Both the position numbers and the translations under genes were made by a program. From NCBI GenBank assembly GCA_004764695.1, contig SMSO01000014.1, positions 1,297,648-1,361,647 on the forward strand: 64,000 nt of DNA, written 5' to 3'. The stretch is from Schizochytrium sp. TIO01. Taxonomy: Eukaryota; Protista; Bigyra: Labyrinthulomycetes. The notes under the pieces were generated by a model. The model made no database searches and was not told the DNA's origin. It saw nothing but the letters and a program-made list of their open reading frames with translations. Positions 9,701-19,565 of this stretch are shown here, one piece after another (position 1 is the stretch's first letter; every line of letters starts with the position of its first letter).

Positions 9701-10666
9701 CAAATTAAGGACTCCAATTGAGTCTGCATGTCGATTGTCTTGTGAGTCGTTGAAAACATCACTTACTTGAGGTAGGGTCAACTGTGTGCACGCCATATGA
9801 GTAGAATCTTATCACTAAGGTTAGTTACGTATAAAAGTACGTGCACAATTATAGTAAGGTTACCACAGTAGACAAAGATGACCATTGCACAAGCTGTTCG
9901 TACTTCCCTCAGCTAGCGAAGTGAACAGCTGAGCATGAAAGTTACTCTGTCGTGAGCTTTCCTATTTGTAGTAGGTGCCTACTTCATCATGTTGGTCTTA
10001 ACAGAGGAAAGTTAGGCCGATGCGTGCACACACAATCTTGTTAGTCATTGAATACTGTGACCTACGTTCCCCAAACTCACGAAAACACAGTCGACTTTCC
10101 AGTTGCAAGGTGGCGAGAGAACCATTACTACAGGCTGCATAGGACTATAAATGTAAGTGTGCACAATTACTTGCCAAAACATTTCAAGAGGTACTACGAG
10201 AAGAACTGGTCCGTTGATAGACTTCACTGTCGGCAGCAAAGTTATTTAGTGCTCATTGATCAGAAAATTAGCAGGAACGAGACTATGTGAGCCCAGGAAA
10301 AACTTCAGAATGTACCAGTAAGCGAATGGGAACCATGAAACCTGCGTGTGCAAGTTTGAGAAAGTAAATATTTCACAATGAAGGCTGGAAGAGGATACTT
10401 TAATAAGGTTTTTATATGTTTGTTTTTTATTACGAGCTTATATGAGTGAGACAATGGTTGTTTAAGCAAGATCCGTCAGTAACAGAGACCAAAGAAATGT
10501 GTGCAAAGAGGTCTGTGTGTTATTATATCTGGGCAGACTGCTGAAGACATCCGTCATCACAGATGGGTTGATCATTACAGGGTGTGCTTAGTTCATATAC
10601 GAAGTGTAGTCATGACAGGAGGTGCAAAAAAAAAGGAGATCACATAAAAGCCGGAGAGATGGCGAA

Positions 10667-12811
10667 TTACTGAATGGTGGTTTGGAGTGCGTGAGGGTGC
10701 TGCTGGTAGCTTGCATTCGACATTTCAGATGCAGCTGAGGTGGATGAAAAATTGGATGCGATCGAGTTAACTGAGCTGCGTCGAGCCGCCGTACGCGATC
10801 CCCCCGCGTTGTGCGGCATCGTCAATTTGCTTGTGCTAGCACCGGTCTGAATATGTTGTGGCTGAGGGACCACAACGGAGCCCGGGACAACGCTGCTGCC
10901 ATCAAGACCACGGTTAGGGTAGTGGTTCTTGCAGAACTCTGAACCATCAACGGCGCTCTTGTAGCAGTAGTACATCGAGCAGCGCTTTCCGCCCCCGTGA
11001 GCCTTGCAGAACCCGGTGGGTCCTCGAGCAGACTTGTCGCAGAGATCGTGTTTGCATCGTCGTCCGCCACCGTGAGCAATGCAAAAATCTGTGGACCCCT
11101 GTGCTGACTTACGGCAGTCCGGTGCTTGGCATCTTCTACCTCCACCGTGCGCAATGCAGTAGTTCGTTGCTCCACGTGCAGATTTGGTGCACCCGTCCGC
11201 ATGGCACCTACGCCCACCTCCATGGGCAGCACAGAACAGAGTAGTGCTTCTTGCGAGTTTCTCACACCCTTGGAAGTGGCATGTCTTTCCAGCTTGGCGA
11301 GCGCTGTTGCGGCGCTTGCTCTTCGTAGATCCTCGGCGAGTGGCAGCGTTGGGAGCTGAGGCAATGCGGCTCATGGCATTCAAACCATCAGTGGGGTCGG
11401 TCTCTGCCCGCATGCGAGTGTCCAGCGGAGTCATGTTGTGAAGTGAGATAGCGTTGTTAATGGATCCAGACTCCTTCTTAACATTGGCATTTCCATTGTT
11501 ATTGTTGTTGCCATTGTTGATGTTCAACGAGAGGGCAGGGGGCAACGAGGATTTGTTGCCACCAGCAGTGGCTACTACTGCTGCTCTTGCTGCCGCCGCT
11601 CTTGCCGCTGCGGCTGCCTGGTTTTCTTTGTTACTGTAGTGCTTTCCAGTGACTTCTGCCGCGGCTGCTGCTGCGTCGGCAAGGGCCTGCATGTGCAGCA
11701 AAGAAGTGCCACTTTCCACTTTACCATCGTGTGCCGTCTTGGGCATCTTGAACGAGGGCGGGAGACTCGGTCTGCGCGCAGATAATTTCTGAAGCATTTG
11801 TTGGGATGGTGAGAGGGCTGCAGAAGATCCTGCAAAGACTGAGCTTCTCCGTGCGAAAGGTGAGTTTCCATGAAGAGGAGGGGCTTCAAGACCAAGGCTG
11901 CCTGCGGTCTGAGCGTGTTCTTCGGCGGAAGCAGCTTGTGCTGCGGCAACAGACATAGCGTGAAGGCCCGAACCGTCAAGAGAGAGCGGCGAGAGCTGGC
12001 TGGTGCGCTTCTGCTGATGGTTACTCGGAGTTTCGCCACCTGCTGAGGGAGGGGAGAGTGGTGACGGCAGGGAGTGCATAAAGGCAAATCTGTTGTTGTT
12101 TTGCTGTTGTTTATGCTGCATAAAGTATGCAGACAGAAGAGCATTGGGATCAGACATGAAGCTGCTGTTGAGTCCGGTTGAAGAGTTTAGAGTGGCAGAG
12201 TGCTCCTGCACAGGTGAGAGTGTTGGTGAAGGTGTGCGGGGTCTCTTGACAGGACGGGAGTCATCTTCAGGCTGGCTGATTTTAGTCTTCTTGGCGTTGC
12301 CGGATTCAGTCTGAAGCTGCATGTGCTGCTGAGGGTTTGAGGTCTTCACGTTGCTCTTGTTTGCCATGAACTCCTGTTTCATGAAAGAACTCGCGTTGCT
12401 GTTGTCCTTTTGCTGCTGGTGCAGGTTGAGCAACTGCTGCTGTTGCTTCTGTTGTTGCTGGTACTGCTGGAGGATCTGTTGCATGCTCATACCTTGCTGG
12501 TGGTTGTTTGTTGCTTGCATGAATGCTTGCTGCTCTTGTGAGCTTTCATTTGCGTTGCTAGAGTTGTTGTTGTTGTTGTTGCTGCTGCTGCTGCTGTTGT
12601 TGTTGTTGGGGGTGCCGTTGCCGTTCTTGCTGGCCTGGATGAGTTCCTGCAGCATGGCAATCTTACGCAAAGTCACGTCCTGCTGCTGCTGGAGAACGAT
12701 CTGGTCGTGTTGTCTTTGAAGCTCCGCAAGCTTCTCCTGCAGTGCCATGAGTTTGCGGCGATCTGACTCGAGGCCGTCATCGGCCGATGGGGCGCTCCTT
12801 GCGTTGGTCAT
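10667..12811 (-). CDS. WRKY19-like C3H zinc-finger repeat protein with Q/N-rich low-complexity N-terminus (putative transcription regulator)
   Basis: 714-aa ATG-initiated ORF with an N-terminal coiled coil, polyQ/polyN/polyS tracts, an NLS-like PVKRPR, and five C-x4-C-x10-C-x2-H(GGG) units. Confidence 0.9.
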   Translation of the reverse strand: MTNARSAPSADDGLESDRRKLMALQEKLAELQRQHDQIVLQQQQDVTLRKIAMLQELIQASKNGNGTPNNNNSSSSSNNNNNNSSNANESSQEQQAFMQATNNHQQGMSMQQILQQYQQQQKQQQQLLNLHQQQKDNSNASSFMKQEFMANKSNVKTSNPQQHMQLQTESGNAKKTKISQPEDDSRPVKRPRTPSPTLSPVQEHSATLNSSTGLNSSFMSDPNALLSAYFMQHKQQQNNNRFAFMHSLPSPLSPPSAGGETPSNHQQKRTSQLSPLSLDGSGLHAMSVAAAQAASAEEHAQTAGSLGLEAPPLHGNSPFARRSSVFAGSSAALSPSQQMLQKLSARRPSLPPSFKMPKTAHDGKVESGTSLLHMQALADAAAAAAEVTGKHYSNKENQAAAAARAAAARAAVVATAGGNKSSLPPALSLNINNGNNNNNGNANVKKESGSINNAISLHNMTPLDTRMRAETDPTDGLNAMSRIASAPNAATRRGSTKSKRRNSARQAGKTCHFQGCEKLARSTTLFCAAHGGGRRCHADGCTKSARGATNYCIAHGGGRRCQAPDCRKSAQGSTDFCIAHGGGRRCKHDLCDKSARGPTGFCKAHGGGKRCSMYYCYKSAVDGSEFCKNHYPNRGLDGSSVVPGSVVVPQPQHIQTGASTSKLTMPHNAGGSRTAARRSSVNSIASNFSSTSAASEMSNASYQQHPHALQTTIQ
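10922..11281 (-). repeat. Five tandem 25-aa C3H finger units (CxxxxCxKxAxxxxxxCxAHGGGRR)
   Basis: Directly visible in the translation, from CHFQGCEKLAR to CKNH. Confidence 0.9.
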
Positions 12812-13216
12812 CTTTGCTTGAATTGCTCGATCTGCGTCTGTTTATTCTGTGTTTGTTTGAGTGAATCAATGACTCAATCGCTACTCCTAGCGCAAGTCCT
12901 ATTCCTCCTAGCCTCTATCTAGCTAGGCCTACTGTCTCTCTACCGCTTTCTTTTCTCTTAGTTTCAAAAGCAAAGAGACTCGCTCGACCTCCGAGCGGAC
13001 TGCTGCTGCTCCTGCAGGTGCTGCTCCTGTCCGTGCGTGCTTTCGCTGCTTGCTTGCCTGCCTGCCTGCGTGCTGCTGCTTGTCGGCGTGCCTGTCTGCC
13101 TCGCTGTGATGTCTGCTCTGCGCTGTGCTGTCAAGCCTTCGTTGATCTTGCTCCTCGCCGTGGTGGTGGCCCGGCCTCGTTCGCAGTTTGCTGTTTGCTT
13201 GGGCCTGCGACTTCTT

Positions 13217-13247
13217 CTTTCTTTCATTCTTTCTTTCATTCTTTCAT

Positions 13248-13295
<48 letters not shown>
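13217..13295. repeat. (CTTT)n microsatellite with CATT interruptions
   Basis: Direct read. Confidence 0.95.
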
Positions 13296-13385
13296 GTAAG
13301 TGCTTTCTTTACTAAATATGGAGAAGCAGGAGCCAATTTCTTTAATTGTTCTCTTAACTATTCGCTTACTTATGCACGTAATTAT

Positions 13386-13430
13386 TCACTCACTCACTCA
13401 CTCACTCTCTCTCTCTCTCTCTCTCTCACT
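13386..13430. repeat. Compound (TCAC)n(TC)n microsatellite
   Basis: Direct read. Confidence 0.9.
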
Positions 13431-14440
13431 CGATCACTCACTGACTTACTCACTTACTTCCTTGTCTTTACTCTCTTCCTTATGAGTTACCAACAACCTC
13501 TCTCATTCTTCTTTACTCTTTCTGTCCGAATTAAAAAGAATTGGATGAAATAAAAAAAATTAATATAAAGGAGTGGTGATGAAAGTTGTTCATTTTCTTC
13601 TTTCTCTCTGCTTATTCATTAATATCATATTCAGAGTTGGGTCTTCCGTAAACTCATTCATTCTGTTTTTTGGCTTTCTTTGTTTCTTTATTTCTTTCTT
13701 TCTGCCTGGTTTTTCTTTGTTTTTACTCACTCTTCCTCCATCTCGCTTTCTTCCAGGTTGGGGTTTTCTCACAACTGACTACCGGGGTGGTAGGCCTGCG
13801 CTATGGTGTTGTAGAGAATACTTTTTAGATTTGGTCAAGTTGAGAGGAAAGCAACCAATCGATATTTTCAGTTTTTAAATTTAACTCGCGCATTCATGTT
13901 ATGTTTTGAGCAGACTGGGGATGACTAAATGCTTTTTATAAAATTTTGTATTCATCTTTTCAAATTAATTCCTTTAAATCAGTTAGCTGGGTTGGACAAT
14001 AAATATTGAATTGGGTAGCGGTAAGTATTAAGCCTATCAGTTAGCTATGATTGGGTGGCTAGTTGTGGCTTTCTTTTAATCACCGTTCTTTTATGCAAAA
14101 GAAAAAATTAAGAGACAAGAGAGTAATATGCATTTTCTTCTTTATTTTAGGATTCTCTTCGACTCTTTTCTGCTGAGCATCATCGTTTAATCTGTTCTTG
14201 TTTTCATCATAATATGTGAATAGTCATTCACGGTAGGTGAGAGACTCATTTTCAAAAGAGAAAAATAAGACGATAAATCACAGACTAAGAGAGGAAAAAT
14301 GTTTGGTGAAAAGTTCAGTGCATATCTAGGAGGAGGAAGCAATCTTATTTTCTTGAAATATTGTTGTCATTCTTAGGAGAAAGTATGGTGTTCTTTTGGG
14401 GTTCGGGGGCACTACTAAGAAAGAAAGAAGAAGCAACCAA

Positions 14441-14920
14441 CACGTGAAAAAATAAAAAAAATTATGTATTAAATAGAACGCATTGTAAACTGGTTATTGT
14501 CCTATTTCAAAAGAAAAAGAAAAAAGAAAGGCGATTAAACCACCACTCACGTGAATGTACTTTAATTCTAAGAAAATAAATTCATATTGAGGAAGGAATT
14601 GAGCGAGGCATGGTGTCTCCTTGTTCTCTAAACATTTTGAAGTAGGAAGTGAAAGACTAACAACAATGACTCAGCAGCACGTGCTCGCCTTTCCTCACAT
14701 CTCCACTGAAGCTTTAAAAGACGCCTCATAAGACCCCTCGTCCGGCTCGCATGCAGCTCCCTTCTTCTACTTAAAAAAAAAAAAGTAAACTAAAAAAACA
14801 CAGAACACCAGGAAACTATACATTTTAACTAAAAAACTACAATCACTTGATTTATATATATATATTCTGTTTTGTGTTGAATTTCCCCGCTTTAAAAGTA
14901 GAAAACGTGGTGTTACGTCA
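14441..14920. promoter_or_regulatory. Cluster of E/G-box and bZIP-type sites upstream of the zinc-finger gene
   Basis: CACGTG at 14441, 14548 and 14678; TGACTCA at 14667; TTACGTCA at 14913. Lies 1.6-2.1 kb 5' of the ATG, among A-rich tracts. Confidence 0.35.
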
Positions 14921-17668
14921 TCCGAAGTTTTTGAATTGAATTCCTCGACCACTAAATTCTGCGTTCTGAAAGCACTTGGGTCGAAGAAGTCCTTTCTTTT
15001 GCTGGAGTCAAGTTCTATCCTTGAGGGACTGTGTGGAAGTAGGCACCTGAAGTTAAATACATTAAATGGAAGAGCTACATGCAACAAATGCGCCACTCAT
15101 AAGAGTGCCCAAAAGGGACCGTTCGTGCCGCTCATAGTCTTTTGCTTGGCTTCAACTGTTCTCATCCTCTTTTTTTTTTTTTTTTTTCTTTTTTTTTTTC
15201 CAATAATAAAGCACAGCTAATATAACAATTTTAATAGTAAATCCAAAAATGGAACAGTGATCCTTAAAATAACTGGAAGCTCATAAGACTGAAAAGAAAA
15301 GAAAGAAAAACATCTGGAGAGACTCCTTTCGCCCCTTAGTCCTAATAAATGAAAAGAAAGAATTCTAAATTAAAATTAAAATGAAACGTAGAAGTTGTAG
15401 TACATGAGGCTGACTGGAGGGAAACCAGCGTTGAGGCTTTCTTTAAGCTGCTTGTTGTTCTTGCAAACGTATCTGACTGGCTTGGAGAAGAATATTTTAA
15501 GTGGCTTTACTCTCTCTCTCTTTTCTCCCCTTCGACAAAGAAAGTAATTTATATTTTCCTGCGCTTCTGCGTTAAAAATATAAAAATGTTTTTTTTGGTT
15601 AGTGATAATTGTTAATACTAAAAAATGTACTTTGCGGGTCTCTTCTGTTCAAGTATAATTTGTTGGGAAATTACATGCACGATTAGCGCGTTCGCAAGCA
15701 CGCCCGAAGAAAAACCAAAGTAAAATGGCCAATAGCGAACAGGGACACGGGAATTTACACGAAGAAGCTTCTTGCAACTATAACAACACAAAAAGAAAGA
15801 AGAGAAATTGCCGTTTGAAAGTGGAGAACACTGATCGTGCGATCTTTCGGACAGAAGCACATTTTTATTTTAAAATTAAAGTTAGTTCTGCTATTGCGCT
15901 CCCATTGAATAAGTTTCAAGACAGAGATGGTCATACAAGAATGCAAAAGAACGCTTTCGTGTAAATAGTTCCGTAAAGCATATCCATGCATTGTCTGTAC
16001 GTGTAAATCGAAACAGTAATCTAAAATCCATCAAATTCTAGGCGAGCGAGTTGTGAAAGAAAAAATTGAAAGTAACACCAAGAATGAAGGGCTCTCTCTG
16101 CTTTGCATTGCATGCGCAGTGGAATTGCAGCAGTTGAAATCGACACTCGGGCCGCTCGCTCCTTCTTTACCTAATCCTGGGCCCTCAGCCGTCCTTGCGC
16201 GGTCTCCTTCTTCAGTATCGCGCATAAGATCACCAACAGAATCGCCCCGCCACGGAGAAGAACATGAGAAAAGAACCCTTTTTTTTGTTTCAAATAAAAT
16301 GGAGGAAAGCACGTGTTCTCTCTTGTCTTGTCTTGTCTTCTCTTCTTCGATGAGGGGTCCACTGTCCTCCAAAGGAGTCAGGGAAGGGTTCCGCAGGGAG
16401 TTTCTTTCTTCGCTGCTGCTGCGTGCTTTCCAATGAACGAGTGACTTGAGCTTCCTTAACAGAGCCTGGCTCGGCTTCGCATCACTTTCCATGATTGATT
16501 GATATGGCCTTTGGCAATCATCCTTGATGATCAAGTTCGTTCAACTTCCTTCTTTTCAACACTGCTACTGGCCCACTAGCCAGCTTTTACTGGGTAGTTT
16601 TTTTGTTTTTTTTTTTTAAAATAATAAATAAAAGGAACACTACTTTGAAAAGCGTTGAAAATCTACATCTCTAGAGGATGCAACGATGTTCTTTGAGTAG
16701 AGAGTGCCCAGTGGACAGTTTAAAAGAATAAAAATAGATTTTATATATACACTTTTACTGAAGTAAGATTTACTGAAAGAGTAGAAATTAGAACACTTGC
16801 AGAAAAAGAAAATATATGTATATTTATACGAGGGGTTCAACGTCTCATTTAAAGGTTTTACTTTCGTTATACGAGACGACACGTATTTTAAAAGTAGAAA
16901 CATTTTTCCTGTTAAAGATCCAGCCCCACAAGTCCTTGCGTGCAAAGTACGCGCCAGAGAAAAGAACAGCTCGAGCATGACATCAGATTGGGGTAAATGA
17001 AAAAGAGAAATCAAAATCAATCTTCAACATGTATTTGTCCCTCTTTTTAAAATAAGCCAAAATTAAAAACGATTCATTTAGATGAACAGATAGTTGGTTC
17101 ACTGATGACGCCAATCCATTCCCATTCTTTCATCTGCTGCATTCCTTTCTTCCTTCTCCTGGTCTTGGTCGAGCTTCTTTCCCGGCACTCCGAAGCCAAG
17201 CTATCTCAGGCTGTGGGTCCTTGGAGCCTTCTTCCTCTCTGCCCTCAGCACTGTTTTGAAGGCGTCCGCCTGGAAAGTGATCCTTATCTTGTTCTTCTAC
17301 AATGTCATAAATTTCATCATCATTCCTTGACCTCCAAAATTTCAATTAATTTTAATTAAGAGAGCAAACTTAGCAGGAAAAAGAAGAAGAAGAAGGAAAA
17401 AGAGAACCACGGCAAGCGAAACCACAGGGATCGCGACGCCATGACTCCGCGTTTCACAGCCTGATACAAGAAATGCCAGGGGCCCCTTAGCACGTATTCA
17501 TCCACATCACGTAAAGAAATCGATTCATTCATTCATGAATGAATGAATGCATTCGACGAGAAATCCATCCTGAACACATACTTCTGATAAATTCTCGCGT
17601 ACATACACACAAAGACATAGGTAGAGCCGCCCAGCAAAGCAATGGGAGAGCCACAACTATGTGGCTAC

Positions 17669-17716
17669 CTGACTGACTGACTGACTGACTGACTGACTGA
17701 CTGACTGACTGACTGA
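17669..17716. repeat. (CTGA)12 microsatellite
   Basis: Direct read. Confidence 0.95.
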
Positions 17717-17989
17717 TTAGATTAGTCATAGTTTTCGAATTTTGAATCACGGCCACAGCTGCTTTCTCCTCCTTCTTTTGCGCTGGTTCTTCTTCTTCTT
17801 CTTCTTCTTCTCAATTATTTGGTTGCTCAGTTGCTCAGTCAGTCAGTATTACTTTAATTAATTAATTATTTATTATTTAATTAATTAAATAAATTAACAA
17901 AACATTAAAAACATTAAAAAATAATTCATTAGTCAGAGAACGAGAGAGAGAGATAGGGAGCCATCAGTGAGCGAGTCAGCGAGTTAGTG

Positions 17990-18015
17990 AGTCAGTCAGT
18001 CAGTCAGTCAGTCAG
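17990..18015. repeat. (AGTC)6 microsatellite, inverted relative to 17669-17716
   Basis: Direct read. Confidence 0.9.
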
Positions 18016-18091
18016 CCAATCGGTCGGCGCTGTTCTGGCACTTCGAGACCATGAAATAAGGGAGAGAAAGAGAGAGCCTACTTCGCTTTCT

Positions 18092-18092
<1 letters not shown>

Positions 18093-18138
<46 letters not shown>
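18093..18138. repeat. poly(T)46 tract
   Basis: Direct read. Confidence 0.95.
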
Positions 18139-19238
18139 CTGATGTGATTTTATGTCTGAGCAAGAGGTCTCCCTCCTTCTTAGCCTACCGCCACTTCGCT
18201 GCACGCTCTGCCATGAATTGAATCAGTCTCGAAGCCCTGGTTCTGAAAGCATCTCGACGGCACTGGTGCTCTATTCCTTTCTTTCTTCTGTTTCGGATCT
18301 GTTTGTTTGTTTTGTTTGTTTTGTTTGTTTTGCTTTTGGATGTATGTATGTTTGGGAAACTAGCTTCATTCATGCAATCTGATGCTTAAAAATAAACTTG
18401 AAAAGAAAAGAAAAATAGAAACGACCAATCGTGTTTACTTAGAACACTATGCTGTGAAAGCGGGGCGGCTCAGTGATGGGAAAGAACAGCGGTGCTATTC
18501 AGATGCGTAGCTGGGTCCTACATAAACCTTCATTTATACATTTGGTAGCTTACTTCTACCCGCCGAGTTCCTTAGCTGCGCCGCTAACCTCCATTACGCC
18601 CGCTCAGCTACCCACAGCGGTCTCAAAAAGAACGGCCGTGTTTTCCTATATTCTAAACCAGGAGTACTAAGAGGAAAGAGCTTGCTTTTCACGCATTGTA
18701 ATAGAGCAATGTAGCTTCGCAAAATAAATGATTGATTGATTCTATGAATGAGTGAATGAATGAATAAGTGCATAAATAGCTTCGGGACAGAGGGCCTTTC
18801 TTTCTGTCACTTGAGAGGGCGGCACGTCACGTCACGTTCGAAAGTGTCCGTGGGCTTTTGGCGCTTTTAGAGTGCTTTCTTCGCCTTTCCGCTTTGAAAT
18901 CCTGACTGAATGCTGACAGACAGGCTTAGACAGCGATGCTCTTTCAACGCGGAGGCGACTCAGAAAAGAGAGCTTTCTAGCCTCATCTCATATCTCATTC
19001 ATTGCCTCTCCGCCCTTCCTGCGGAAGAGTTGTTTTCCTGCTTTCCCGCCTTCTTTAACATCCATCATCTCCTGAGCAGCAACAGTCTCGCGAGACACGT
19101 GAGGGGCACACTGACCGTTCCCCCCTGTCCCCCCACGTAAAAGGAAATCACTCTTAGGTGGCGCTGCCTTCTTTATTGTAGCTGGGTAGTCGGTTGGTTA
19201 GCCGTGTAGCTAAGAGCGCAGGTGTTTTGCTTTTTCAT

Positions 19239-19565
19239 TGTTTGTTTGTTGTTTGTTTGTTTGTTTGTTTGTTTGTTTGTTTGTTTGTTTGTTTGTTTGT
19301 TTGTTTGTTTGTTTGTTTGTTTGTTTGTTTGTTTGTTTGTTTGTTTGTTTGTTTGTTTGTTTGTTTGTTTGTTTGTTTGTTTGTTTGTTTGTTTGTTTGT
19401 TTGTTTGTTTGTTTGTTTGTTTGTTTGTTTGTTTGTTTGTTTGTTTGTTTGTTTGTTTGTTTGTTTGTTTGTTTGTTTGTTTGTTTGTTTGTTTGTTTGT
19501 TTGTTTGTTTGTTTGTTTGTTTGTTTGTTATTTGTTTCTTATTTGTTCAAGTTTGTTTGTTTGTT
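19239..19565. repeat. Very long (GTTT)n microsatellite, ~70 perfect units (19251-19529) with degenerate flanks
   Basis: Direct read. Confidence 0.98.

Noticed and set aside
12964-13878. Several 60-120 aa ORFs (FLSF/KERK repeats) upstream of the zinc-finger gene
   Set aside because: Microsatellite-derived, mostly with non-ATG starts; probably 5'UTR/promoter sequence.
19251-19529. (GTTT)n as an interstitial telomere
   Set aside because: Lacks the GGG runs of typical stramenopile telomere repeats; the same unit occurs as ordinary short microsatellites nearby.
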